From contig JAQFVV010000005.1 of NCBI GenBank assembly GCA_028023455.1, positions 11,222,001 through 11,286,000 of the forward strand: 64,000 bases of DNA. Reading direction: 5' to 3'. The first letter of the stretch is position 1. Every line of letters starts with the position of its first letter. The notes below the pieces were generated by a model. It saw only the letters and a list, made by a program, of their open reading frames with translations. It had not been told where the DNA came from and ran no database searches. The stretch is from Epiperipatus broadwayi (Eukaryota; Animalia; Onychophora). The position numbers were made by a program, and so were the translations under genes. Shown piece by piece: positions 28,399 through 41,176 of the stretch.

Positions 28399-30479
28399 TG
28401 TGCATTTTCACGTATATATTCTATAAAGGTGCATTCTGGAAATTGAATTATCACTCATATATTTTTTGCATGTATTCAGGAATATATCTATTCTCAGATA
28501 TGAATTTGTAATAAAATATTTGAAGATATACAATTGTCTGTAAAAAAGAATATGCAGTTGATGTAGCAAATGTAGAAAATTTGGCAAAATGAATTTTAAG
28601 TTTTAGGTAATACCAAAGAACAAATATAAAGTGATATCTTTAAAAAGTATTTATCTTTTTTTAGACATTCTATTAGTTATAATATAAAGTATAAATGGCC
28701 TAAATATGCAATGGTTGAGAATAGAAATTTTCAGAAAACATTTCTTAAAGACTAACATTTATATATCACTTCAAAGTCTGTGAGACTTTGCAGTTGATAT
28801 TCCAGGGAAAATAATGTCATGATTACATTTATCTCTGCTTAGATATTTTCAAATGGTATGGGAATATTTTTTATATCCTTGCCATACTTAAAAGATCTGG
28901 ATTATATGTGAAAAAAGCATCTTTCCATGTTTAATTAATTCAGGAAAGGATATCAAAACTTCACATGACTATAGTTTATTTTCACTCAACAATTGTAAAG
29001 TAACTAAAATAATACTTCTTAGTCATACATTAAAAAAATCTTAAATAATTAGTTTTGTTCCCATGTTTACTGTTCTGAAAGGATACTGGATGATTTGCAA
29101 TATTGAAGAAAAGTTTAAACCATTAAATGATAACAAATATATAGAACAGAAAGCAAACTATTTCATAAGGCAGAAGCAAGACATTATAAAAATTTTAAAA
29201 ATAACTAACATTATTTGCTAAAAGTACTAATAGTGAACAGAATTGTTGGGGCTGACACTACTATTAATTAAATTAGCATTACCTTTAGCTCAGTGCTCAG
29301 CAAGGGAAGCAGTACTGATATCATTTTATAAAGTAAATATTTTTACATAAGATTATTAATTTTGTGAGTTTTATATTTACTACAAGTTTTTTTTTAAAGG
29401 TGGGACAAGGGAGGGGACTGTGCAAATAGTTGGCTTTTCTTGATATGCAAAATAGACTGCACCAGTTCTAAATATTTCCAAGCATGAAGATCCCTAGATT
29501 AATAATTTTGATAATCAAGAAAAATAAACCTTGAATATATGTATTTGGTTGTGTTATATTTTAAATGAAATGATGAATATCCACATACAGGATATAACAG
29601 AAATATTTGCATTAGATATGAAATGTTTATAGTTAAAACGAAAAAGGAAAATTAAAAAGACAATAAACCTTGTAACTAAAAATTGGAGGCAGGAGATTTC
29701 TACAAACATTATTTTTGGCAGGTAATAAGGAAGCAATTTTTTTTTCAAACACGCTCACTTGAAAAGGTAGCTCATATGTATGTTAAGGACTCTAATGTAT
29801 TTCTGTATGAAACGAAGGTACACCTTGTTATAATAGAATGGTCATCCCCCCCCCACTAATCCATTTTTTATTTTCTATATAACAATTTCCTCCATTACTT
29901 TGAGGTGAGATTTGTATTAACTACTCAGAGACTACTAGATTACTATTGTTAAATTAACATTTGTTTTATCAGAATAAGATAGGAAGAATATAGTAAGTGC
30001 TCAAGATATGACAAATTATTCGTAAACAATTTTCTCTTGGACATTAAATTCTATTAGATTAATCATTTTGATTAAAAGGACGTTTTAAAATAAAAAAAAT
30101 AATTCACGGAAAGACACAATAATAATTGATACCTATAATTTTCCAAAACATTCTAGCAAAAAAAAAATAATTGTATAGATAATTGTATTGAAATCATTGA
30201 CATTTATTCATTAGAAGTGATAGAATGAACTTCAGCCCAATAATTTTTAATTTTAGAGTCTTCCCATCAACCACTGGGATAAACTGCTCAAATGAATTTA
30301 TGCACTAATTTATAAAACATTTAAATGTTGTAAATCTTTGAAAATAGCTGAGTTGAATAAGATCAATAAATAGTAAAATATGTTACAGAAGTTAACCATA
30401 CAGATAGAAAATCAGTAAAGTAAGAATTCAAATACAAATTCTTTATTGATATAAGGCAATTTATATAGAAAAGAAAGAA

Positions 30480-31510
30480 TGTGAAAATAAATAAACTATT
30501 TAGAATAGATTAATTTGTGAAACTTTGCAAAATGCTACAGAAAAGATTAAGGATATCATAAGAAATTATAAACCATGAGTTATCTAAAAATGCTGTAGAA
30601 AAAAATAAAAGAGAATAAAATAGATATCAATTTGTTACTTAGAAAAGTTATTTTAGTAAAAAGCTAAAATGATGATTCTGATACTTAAACCATAAATGCA
30701 GTCATGAAATGTGAAAAAATTCTATAAAGAACTGTAAAGTAACAAAAACAAATATCAATTGAAATGACAAATATTAAAAATGAAGTAAATGATGCAATTA
30801 AGTTTTTAAAAAGTGAAAAAGCTTTAGGAAATGGTGGAATCAATATTTATTGTTTAAAAAAACTGATCATGGAGTAGAGAATTAGTTAGTAAAACTGTAC
30901 TGTACACAAAAATATTTAAATAATCAGGAGGAAAAATTCAATGGTATTATAATATTTCTGTAATTTCCACTTCACCATTCTTGCACAAGGTAGAGAGTGG
31001 TTTCTTTCTGTTTTTACCACCTTGTGGAGGTTTGTAATCCATAAACATATGACCAAAGATATACATATTTTTCACCTGTCTTTGGTCATATGTTTATGAT
31101 TGCACCCCTCCACAGGGTATTAAAAGTAGATAGAAACCAATCCCTGCTTTGAGTGAGAGTGGTGTAGTGGAAATTACACCACAAAAATATTAAGTAGATA
31201 ATCTCTATTCTACTAAGTGTCTAATAAAAAATATTATAATTATGTCTTATTTCTCTTCTATTACTTATGTATGTGATAGTTTCTGAGATTATTACAAATT
31301 GACTACTAGAAACTTAATATATGAGCCAAAACAACAATAAATAAGCTGGATCTAAAAGTGCTTATAACAGTAGATAATATTCAAGTATTAGGAGAAGTTA
31401 TAGAAAAGTCTAATGAAGAGGATTTATCATTTTGTATTTAATTTGTAATTATAAAAAGTTTTTGGATTCTATAAGTATCCCAGTTGTGATTAATACTTTG
31501 GAATATCACT
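30480..31510 (+). mobile_element. Degraded RTE-clade-like LINE ORF2 (RT) fragment
   Basis: EKFYKEL, EVNDAIKFLKSEKALGNGGINIYCLK, LISLLLLMYVIVSEIITN*L, AG...DNIQVLGEVIEKSNEEDLSFCI and NYKKFLDSIS correspond to RT domains 0-3 of non-LTR elements; split by the foldback at 30951-31191. Confidence 0.75.
30951..31191. mobile_element. Foldback element, family B, inserted in the RTE fragment
   Basis: Arms aatatttctgtaatttccac...cataaacatatgaccaaaga / tctttggtcatatgtttatg...gtggaaattacaccacaaaaatatt; the right arm ends in an 8-bp hairpin gtggtgta/tacaccac. Confidence 0.75.
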
Positions 31511-33671
31511 AAATCCAAAATGAATAATTCTGAAAAATATTTATCAAAATAAAACATTGGTAAGAGAATGTCGCAAGATGACTAACTCTCCAAATTTTTT
31601 ACAGAAAATATTTTTTTGTGATAAAAAACAAATAAAAAAAACAAACAATTCTTAACTCAGGTGATCCATGATCTGTTCTATGTTTTGTTTTTTTTTAGCT
31701 CAAGTTTAATTTTTCTTTCATAATATCTCTACCATTAGCCATGATGCAGACCATGAGCACATTTTTTCAGGAAATGAAAATAAGAATTATAATATAAGGG
31801 ATAAATACATAATGGGAGACAATTAAACTGTGAAAGCTATATTGCTTTTTATATCACTCTTTTTGTATTTTACAACTCTGTGAATTGTATATGTAAAACA
31901 GGATTATGCAATTAAGGTTGCCTATATTTATCTCATCAGGAATTTTTTAACAAATATTTATGATAATGTTTAAAAAAAAACAATATATATATAATGTATC
32001 TATTGAAATTTGAAATATATTCCTGCATGTGATGGAATGTTAGTCATAACATTTTTTTTCTCTTCTTGTATGATTTTAATAGTGAATATATTAATCTGGA
32101 TTACTTTGAACTGTGTTGCTATGATAATGATATTTGTTTATTATTAATTGTATTGTATAAGATTGTGAATTGACTTTATTCATTTTAAAAAATGAATATG
32201 TGAATAATAAAGCATATAATTTGTATAAAATTATTCTTTCATTATTGTTTTTTCACTACTAGATTCACAATAGTAAATTGCAAACAATATCACTAAATGT
32301 TTAATATCTCAAATATATTTATTAGTTTATATGTGTAATATTATACTGGAAAGATATATATGTGAAAATATATTTTCAGTGTGATATGGTGAGAATGTAT
32401 TACCAATTGTTTAATTTAATGAAAAAATAGTATTTGTATTATGAAACATCAATGTTTGTCGTATGTAATAATTCTAAAATATTTTTTTTGTTTGCTGTTA
32501 TTCTGATACAATAAAATTCTATTTGCTTTATGATATATAAAAGGAATAATGTGCTAGCTAAATTCCATATTGCTTAGGATTGTGTCACTGTTCTATGTAT
32601 TGCCTTGGAAAATAAAGAATTGTTTACAAATTGGTGACTTTGAAACATCAAGGATATTTTTTTTAAATAAAATATTCTAGATAATATTGAAATCATTATT
32701 TAAACTGGAATGTTATGAAGAGTACATTAGAATAAATGATTTCAAGATTAATAAACTGTCTAAAAGTGGTAAAGAATAAATTTATCTATAAGTTTTTCTT
32801 TATGCATATAATATTTTGCTAATTATTTGTTATAATTTGTGTGTATCATGTACAGGTATTTGAGTTCTCAAAATATAATTGCAGTATTGTATTATATGAA
32901 TGTTTGATATAAAATAATTTAACGAATTGTATAGATGAATGGATATATATTTGAAGATGATGTATTATTTATTATAACATATTAATTTCTAATTCTTATA
33001 TGATGAATATAATGTGTTTATTGGTCTTTCATATATGTTATGGCAATATTATATGATAAATAATAGGTAGTTAAAATTATTTTCATATTTTACTTTAATT
33101 TATGCATTTGGATTAAAGTATATCTTAGATGACATGAATATTGTGTTGGACAAAATTTTATGATGGTTTATTCTTGTCAAGTTTGTTTTAGATTAGTGAT
33201 ATGATACTAATCCTATGCTTGCACTTGTAGATAAGAATTGATGTGTGAATATCCCATCATTTTGCCTATCCTATTATTGGTGTTAGAAATAAATAAAGTC
33301 ATATGTACTATAACCTATGTGTTTACATGCTCTTGATCTTATGAGTAATTTTGAAAATGATAACAGTGTTAATATTCATAACATGAATATTTGGTATGCA
33401 AAGACTGATAAAACGTCTAAACTTAATTCATTATCTTGCATAGGCTTATAGAATTAAACATTCTCCCCAAACTTAATGTCATTCTACCATTGACAACATC
33501 ATTTGTCAAATACATGGATAAAAGATTCTTATACAAATATTATATTTAGAAAGATATCTAGATTAAATAAAACTCCCCATACAGTAATGCCTCTCAGTGC
33601 AAGCCAGAGTAATCAATGGATGCCAGAAGGCTTGTGCATAAAATCCCTATCTAGTGCTTACTCATCCAACA

Positions 33672-33709
33672 TCCCCAGACTAGTTTCTGACTTGTGGCCT
33701 TCATCAGTG
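33672..33709 (-). ncRNA. Minimal type I hammerhead motif (mirror copy, weak helix I)
   Basis: Minus strand ca-CTGATGA-A-GGC cacaa GTC-A-GAAA-CTAG-TC-tgggga; only 2 bp of helix I are retained. Confidence 0.6.
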
Positions 33710-33725
33710 CTCTCAAATCCAAGGC

Positions 33726-33767
33726 TCCTCACTGACGAAGGCCACAAGCCAGAAACTAGTCTGGGGA
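33726..33767 (+). ncRNA. Minimal type I hammerhead ribozyme (canonical C3-G8 core)
   Basis: tcctca-CTGACGA-A-GGC cacaa GCC-A-GAAA-CTAG-TC-tgggga: 6-bp helix I (one G-U), 3-bp helix II flanked by A.A, palindromic CTAG helix III, GUC cleavage triplet ending at 33761. Confidence 0.8.
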
Positions 33768-34639
33768 TGTTGGATGAGTAGGCACTAGATAGGGATTTTA
33801 TGCACAAGCCTTCTGGCATCCATTGATTACTCTGGCTTGCACTGATAGGCACTACTGTATGGAGAGTTTTGCCTGTTTTAATAACATTTATGAGAAAGCA
33901 TAAGAAATGGTGATCATGTGATGAACTTTAATTATTCATAATTGATATATATAATTGTGAATTTGAATTGATTGTTAAAAATATTGTTATAATTATTTTG
34001 TGTTGATTACAGCAGTAACTTATTAAGTATTTATATTTCTTATATTTTATAATATTAATAAAATCTTTATTTTATTAATTTGTGACTTTGTCTTTGTTAT
34101 CATCATTTTCATAATCAGAAAATCCAAACCACAAAAATAAAACAATTCTTGAATTAGAAGAGTGCATTGCATATAAGTCTCATAATTAAAATTCAGGCAA
34201 TGTATTGTCAAAGTTATGTGTTTAAAATTATTTTGGTTATATTATTGTAATTTTTATTCACAATAAAACAATGTAATCTATGAGTTTGAACAAAATTCCC
34301 TTTCTTACTCATAACATCACGTTTCTGAATAAGAGAGCTTGAAATAAAAGATTCTCATTGTCAAATTATAATTGGAATTATTTATTTATATTTCATACCA
34401 AAAATAATTTCAGAAAAATTGTCTGATTGCACAATGAGAATATGGTAATGATATGAGTCAAACCCGAGATATAAAGAAATAATTTATTTTATATAAAATA
34501 AAGTTTTGGATTTTTATTGAATGTGGGCTAGTGAGAAGCTGTAGAGAGTAAGGTTATACTATATATAAAATTAAATATTTCTTTGAATTGTTATTATAAT
34601 TAAGAGTGGAAATGTGTTACCAAGAAATTATCAATTACT

Positions 34640-35365
34640 ACTTCTTGACAATCCCTGAAACCAAACCAGTTTTGTTATTAAACCTATAATAGATGTTTTG
34701 TGTGAGTTATGCATTTAAACCCAGAAAGCTATTTATTATAGATGTGAGAATGTGAAAGGATAGCATCTTCTTTGACATTCTGCAAATAGTATTTTTAATT
34801 TTCTCAGACTTGTGTATGTTGAAATAAATATTTCCATGGAACGTTATTATAATAAGGAATGGAAATGAGGAGATATATAACTCTCTTGTGAAGTTTAAAA
34901 TATTATTTGCAGAATGCCAAGTCAGATACTAGCTTTTCACATTCTCACACCTATAAAAATAACTTTGAGTTTAAATCCATATAAGAACATGGATTTGAAG
35001 TAAAATAGTACTCCTTTTACTTCAACAAAAACCCAAACAAAAGACTTATTATAGGTTTAATGAAAAAACTGGTTTGGCATCAGGTGTTGTCAATTCTTTA
35101 TTATAACAATACATGGAAATATTTAATTCAACATATACAAGTCTCTAGAGAAGTTTAATATATATTTTTGCAAAATGTCAAGAAAGAATGTTATTCTTTG
35201 ATATTTTCACACCTATAAAAATAGCTTTCTTGGTTTAAACTCATATAAAAACTTGGGTTTGAAGTAAAAAAGGACCTATTTTACTTTAACAGAAAACTCA
35301 ATTAAAAGAGCAATTATAAGTTTAATGGAAAAATTATTGACCTCAGGCATTGCCAATTGGTAATA
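34640..35365. repeat. One inverted arm followed by two tandem direct arms
   Basis: 34640-34860 is the reverse complement of both about 34890-35095 and about 35098-35365 (cacacctataaaaata, ttgaagtaaaa...ttttactt, gtttaatg, cagg..ttg.caat repeated). Confidence 0.65.
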
Positions 35366-37975
35366 ATAGATCATTTTTTGGTAATATCAAAGGTTAAAGG
35401 TTATTTTCTATTTACATGGATATTATCTCCTCATTTTCACTATTATATATATTATAATCAATGAAAGAGACAAAGTAACTACAGGGCTAAGCTTAACCTC
35501 TCAATGGATGGAGGGATATCTCAACTCATGATCTCTCAATACATTAAATATATAACATTAATAATAATAGCAATGATAATAAGCTTAATAATGTCATGTT
35601 AGTCTAAAGGTAATACTTTTAATAGTAATGATAAGTTCAGATCAGGGTTATGCATATGCTAATAATAATGAGCCAAAATAAACATTAATATGACAAATGC
35701 AAAAACATCAGATCAACAAGAGACTTCTCATATTCTTTCTTTAAAATGTAATCTCTTAAAATGAAAAGCATATGACACAGAAAGGGTTAGATTATTTTCA
35801 AATCTTCTCTCTCCAGCACGTCCTCTAAAATGCAATGAAATCTTATAATTATCATGATTATCTTTCAAAATGATCAGATTTAAGGTAAAATCCTTTTTTT
35901 ATTAAATTAATACATCTTCTTTTATGCCATATAGTTCTTTCTTAAAATAATTTGATCTTAAACATAGAAATCTTTCTCAAATAATTTTATAAGTAAATCT
36001 AAATAATTTTATAAGTAAATCTCAGGGTTCTTTTATAATAAATTATCTCATAATCAATAACTTTGTTCTTTATTTGTTAAAAATCAGCCAGGAATATAAA
36101 AATATAATCCTAGTAACAAATAATAATAGCAATAAAACATGATCTTACCCATAAGATAATATCTTATTGAATCAAACAATTATTAAATTTATAATTAAAA
36201 TTAAATATGAAAAATTCTTAAATTAAAAATGACAATATGGATGATATTTGTGAGATCATAAGTAGAAAAGGGATTTTGTTGCTAACCAAAATATCACACC
36301 AATATATTTTCTCTTAATTTTCTACTAAAAGAAAATTAAGCAATCTTATTATCTTAACTCATGTCGAATGAAGTAAAATGATCTTATAGTTTTATCAAAA
36401 TAAATTAAACAGAATATAATGATCCTATATCAGTTAAATAAAATTTTATCATTTTTAATTAAAATAATCTTCCTTGATGTTATCTTAACATCAGTGATAT
36501 AATTTTAAATAAAGTGTCTTTCATATATTCTTGTACTCTCAATGCATAAAATAAATGAATATGATTGTGTGGTAATACTATTAGATTTCCTTAAAATGCA
36601 GATGATAAGAAAAGAGCCAAGTATGAATTAATAATTAAAATAACATTTATTGACACATAACATTTAACATGCACATATCAAGCTATTTTATAACTTTACA
36701 ACTTACAAAATTACTAAAAATTCTCCAAAATAAAAATAATTAACAATGAAAATTATACTTAAAATTCTCCAAAATAAAAATAATTAACAAATCCTATTAT
36801 GTCTTAGATAAATTCAGTAAGTTCTCACAATTAGTTCACTATCTTACTATTATAGTCTCTAGTAAAAACATTCAATACATTAAGTAAAATATAATATTAC
36901 CAATCCTTGTTTGGCAAAGAATGCTGAAATAGATATATAAAATATTATGTAGCTACATATACAATTAGAAATTTAATATTAAATATTTTATTGGACTTAA
37001 AAGAACTGAATGTGCTAGCTAGGCACATCTACAAGACCTATATGTCAAACTTATTCAGATTAACGAAGAGTGCAACTGAAGGTGGCATTCTGCAGAATCT
37101 CCAAAATATAAAATGCCAGGATAAAGTCATACATTAAACATGGCTTTAAATAAAATATATCACTAAGAAAATCAATAAATATTTAAAAATGAATCTTTAT
37201 ATCCATTTCCAATACAATAAAAAGTCCTTAATCTTGATATTCATACTATTGAGCCAGATAAAGTCAATAAAATAGTTCTTGAATATTTTGTAGACCTGAG
37301 ACAACACTATAAATTAAATTAAACTAACACACACAGCAATTGAAAATATGAGGTAAGTAAATACTTGAAATCACTAATAAAAAAATAGACATTCTGACTG
37401 GATTCTCATTGACTAAATATATAAAATAACAAATACAACATTATACATTTCATGTAGCATCTTGTATAAATAAAATGAGCATTTCTTTTAAGAAGCACAG
37501 CTTATCATCCACTGAAAACTATAATGAAGAGTAATTATTTTGAAATGGAGCATGATAAAGTTAGGAGCATTTAAATTAATATTTCTGGAGATTAAATTGA
37601 GCATAGCAATAAATTAAAATGATCTTTTGAAGAGCAAACATATGTGAGAACTTGAGCCAATATATTAAAAAATATATATTTCATTCTTTTAAACTAATGT
37701 GAATTCAATAAAAATCATTTATATAAAACTACCATAGGACAACATCTTAATGAGTAAAATTAACTTCTTGCAAATACCAGGAATAATAAATGAATTTTAT
37801 ATCTTCTTTAAAATAAGGCATTTAAAATAACCAAGCATATTTAATAAATTTTAATATTTTATCTACAATACACTGACTAATAAACATAAAGTAAAAATTA
37901 GGTTTTATTTTACATTTATATAACTTTATTTGTAAATAAGCATTTATTTTATATATGCTATGTTTATAATTGTAA

Positions 37976-38536
37976 TACATTAAAGATCAGCTTTTTCAAG
38001 CTATTGTGCACGCGCTTTTTACGAGTGTTAATAATAAATGAATACTTTCATTACCAACACAGATATAGTATTTATGAAAGAACAAAATGAATCCACTTGT
38101 TCTTTCCAACCCAAATGCTTATATATGGGCAAATCTTAAGTACTGGAAATGAAAGTGTGAAGATAAACCACTCACTTTAAATTACTGTTTACGATATATG
38201 AATGAATGATGTCGACTAAATTATCTGGAATTTACTAAACATCACTCTCAAATGAAACTTAAACATATGTAAATAAGCATTTATTTTATATAGCGATATA
38301 TTTATTCATTTATATATCATAAACAGTAATTTAAAGTGAGTGGTTTATCCTCACACTTTTATTTCCAGTACTTAAGATTTGCCCATATATAAGCATTTGG
38401 GTTGGAAAGAACAAGTGGATTCATTTTGTTCTTTCATAAATACTATATCTCATGTTGGGAATGAAAGTATTCATTTATTATTAACACTCGTAAAAAGTGC
38501 ATGCACAATAGCTTGAAAAGGCTGATCTTTAATGTA
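37976..38536. mobile_element. Foldback element with about 225-bp arms and duplicated flank
   Basis: Arms about 37976-38200 / 38300-38536 with long exact matches; tataactttatttg repeated at 37919-37932 and 38535-38548; the arm end carries gc-TTGAAAA-G-GCTGATC (5' half of a U3-A8-type hammerhead). Confidence 0.8.
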
Positions 38537-39029
38537 TAACTTTATTTGGTATATGCAGATATTCTGTGATAACATTCAGCAATTCAAGTTGCTTTAAAAT
38601 AAAACAAATACATATATAAAGTTTTTTCATTATTAAATTATTTCATAATGAAATAGATATAACAATCTTAAAATGTAGCATTTTAAAATTCTTTCATCAT
38701 TTAAAAGGTCCTGCAATTTTGGTTAAAGTAGTTTCATATTCCATATAAAGTGAAATTATACCAAAGGAGAATGCGCTTGAAAAGTGATAAAAATATTTAG
38801 CATACTTTAAATATAATTGTTTCATAAAGTTCTTTAGAAAAGCAGTTAAAATCTTTTTTTTTTTTTTCTCAAAGTAACCTTTATTAATAAAAGACTACAA
38901 AAATTTTGGGTACTTACCCATTGAGGATTACACAGTGATTCAATGTAACAAGGTAAAATGCACATATGTTCAAAAATAATTACATCCATAAACATTGCTG
39001 TAATGTGATTAATGTGTATCTGTATGCGG

Positions 39030-40060
39030 ATCCACATGGCCTGGCCATCGAGAAGTTAACCATCACCCAATGGTCTCACCCCTGGGGCCCTGAAGCGAAG
39101 ACTCAAATGCTTCAGTTGAATAGGTGAAGTCTAGCATTGTGCCAACCACCACAACAGGCAGCGAGGTCCAAGGCCCAAGTTCACCAAGCAATAGACTCTC
39201 AAACCATAGTCAAGCCATGTCAAGACAATTCTGAATACCTCTGCCTCCCAATTAGCAGTCCAAATGAGCAGGGACCACAATCGGTCTACCTGCTCAGAAC
39301 TGGAAAGCCAACTTGGGTAAAGACTAAAAAGTAATAAGTAAAGAACCAGATTGACACTGCCCAGAACCAGCCTATCAGAGACACAGCAGCCAACCAGAGC
39401 AGGAATAGCATCAACTTTGACTGCGTAGCCCCCCAGCAGGTGTTCTGGGCAGTGGCAAAATTGTTAACAGCCCATACCATAAACCAGATACCTAATGTCT
39501 ACAACCAGCCACCCCTGAAGAAAAGGGGGGAGTGCAGACCCATGCCTACAAAACAGAACTCCATCCATGTTACAAAAAAAAATGGTGGTGGCTCAAAATA
39601 GACCAACCGCTTTACAAATGCACTAAATTTAAAACTAACAAATGAAACCTAATGATAGTGAGTGCAAATGAACACTGACCTATCAAATAATCCATCAAGG
39701 GGTGCAATAGCCCTTCGTGGCAAAGTCCATGTGAAGGTAGTGACTTTCACCCTCCCAGCAGGTTTTCCCGGGCTAGACAATGATCGTTGACCATCCCTCC
39801 AAATGAACCAAGCCCCTTATGACCACTATCATCACACTTAAGGAAAAGGAATGCAAACCCACACCCACCAATACAACATTTAATTCATGTAGTTTTGAAA
39901 TCAAACTGGATTTACATGCACACCATGGGAATAAATAATATGTCCATATCATCTTGCACACTGAGGTCAATGGAGCTGAAAATCTGCCTTGATCATCATC
40001 AGACTCCTGTGTCTGCAAATGTTCACAGCAGCTGCTAAACCCACCAACCAAAGTCCTTGA
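39030..40060. mobile_element. GC-richer island, probably a retroelement (LINE UTR-like) remnant
   Basis: Sharp rise in GC with TpG/CpA excess and no credible ORF or motif. Family assignment is a guess. Confidence 0.3.
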
Positions 40061-40997
40061 GGGTTTACAATGATTTTTCTTTGTTGATACTAGTTGAATT
40101 CTGCTTTTTTTGATTGAATTTTAGGTTTTGGTTAGTAATGAATGATACAAGTATAATCTGAAAGTTTGTTGTTAAACTTTGGAAAATTCTCAATAATTAT
40201 TGCTTGAAAAGTATGATTAATTTGTAGCTTCAAAGTTTCTGTTTAAGTCTAAAACATCATTTGTACTCATTTTTGTCTTTAGATATTATTTTTTAGCTCA
40301 GGAATCACTTCATTGTAGTTCTGTGTTGATTTGAAAAATTTTTATTTATTGATTTTTTTAGGGGGGGGGGGCAATCCACCGGAAGGGGAGTGATAACTTC
40401 TGTCCTGATCATCGGAGAAATCTGATTTTTGAGCAGGGCGATAGCTTAAGTTATTTTCTATAATGTTCACTTCCAAAATTGAGATCGATAAGCAGTTAAA
40501 ATCTTTTTAATATTAATGTAAAAAAAGTTCTTGCATATAACTCAAAAATTATCCTTTTAAAAATAGTTAAATATAATAAAGACATTGAAATTAATAGTTT
40601 TTACAACACAGAGATAATACTTTCGATTAAATTCCATTGTCACAATATATTTCCAAGACAACAATTGACTTCCTGAAATATATGCTGCAGAATTTCCCAT
40701 AATTCAATCTTGTAGAAATTTAAAGTGTTGAAAAGTTTTCAGTTATAGAAATACCTGTTCAGATATTTACTGCTTAACAATGCATATTTTATTAAACTAA
40801 CAAAATTCATTATAAAAAATTAAAACTTGGAAAGTAAATTGAAAAATGTTTTGGTTTAACAAATCCATCTTTTATAGAGTAAATCATGTGGTTGACAACT
40901 GAATTCCATTCTAGATAACTAATCAATTGAAATTTCAAAATTTTTTGTTTGCTGCTGGAAAATTCTAAAAATAACTTTGACTAATTAATTTAGTCTA

Positions 40998-41176
40998 CAG
41001 AAGCTAAACTCTCCATGCAGTAGTGTCACTCAGTGCAAGTCAGAGTAATCAGTGATGCAGGAAAGTTTGATTACTCTGGCTTGCACTGAGTGGGGCTACT
41101 GTATGGAAAGTTTAGTCTCAGTATAAACAGCTTGTGTAAGCATAAAGAATGGTGATCACGTGATGTTTAGTAGTTA
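40998..41176 (+). mobile_element. Short family A foldback with 3' tail and 11-bp TSD
   Basis: aaactctccatgcagtag...cagtgcaagtcagagtaatca / tgattactctggcttgcactgag...tactgtatggaaagttt, then tail gcataaagaatggtgatcacgtgatgtttagtagtt; TSD aatttagtcta at 40987-40997 and 41177-41187. Confidence 0.8.

Larger units (their letters stand above)
33569..33925 (+). mobile_element. Foldback element, family A, best-preserved copy with hammerheads on both strands
   Basis: Arms of about 140 bp (33569-33709 / 33730-33870) at high identity; the right arm continues into the family tail gcataagaaatggtgatcatgtgatg, shared with 41140-41176 and 6420-6443. Confidence 0.85.

Noticed and set aside
33503-33852. Two opposite-strand ORFs (92 aa and 64 aa) encoding nearly the same peptide
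   Set aside because: They are mirror readings of the palindrome's arms. Neither resembles a known domain, and the RNA structure explains the conservation.
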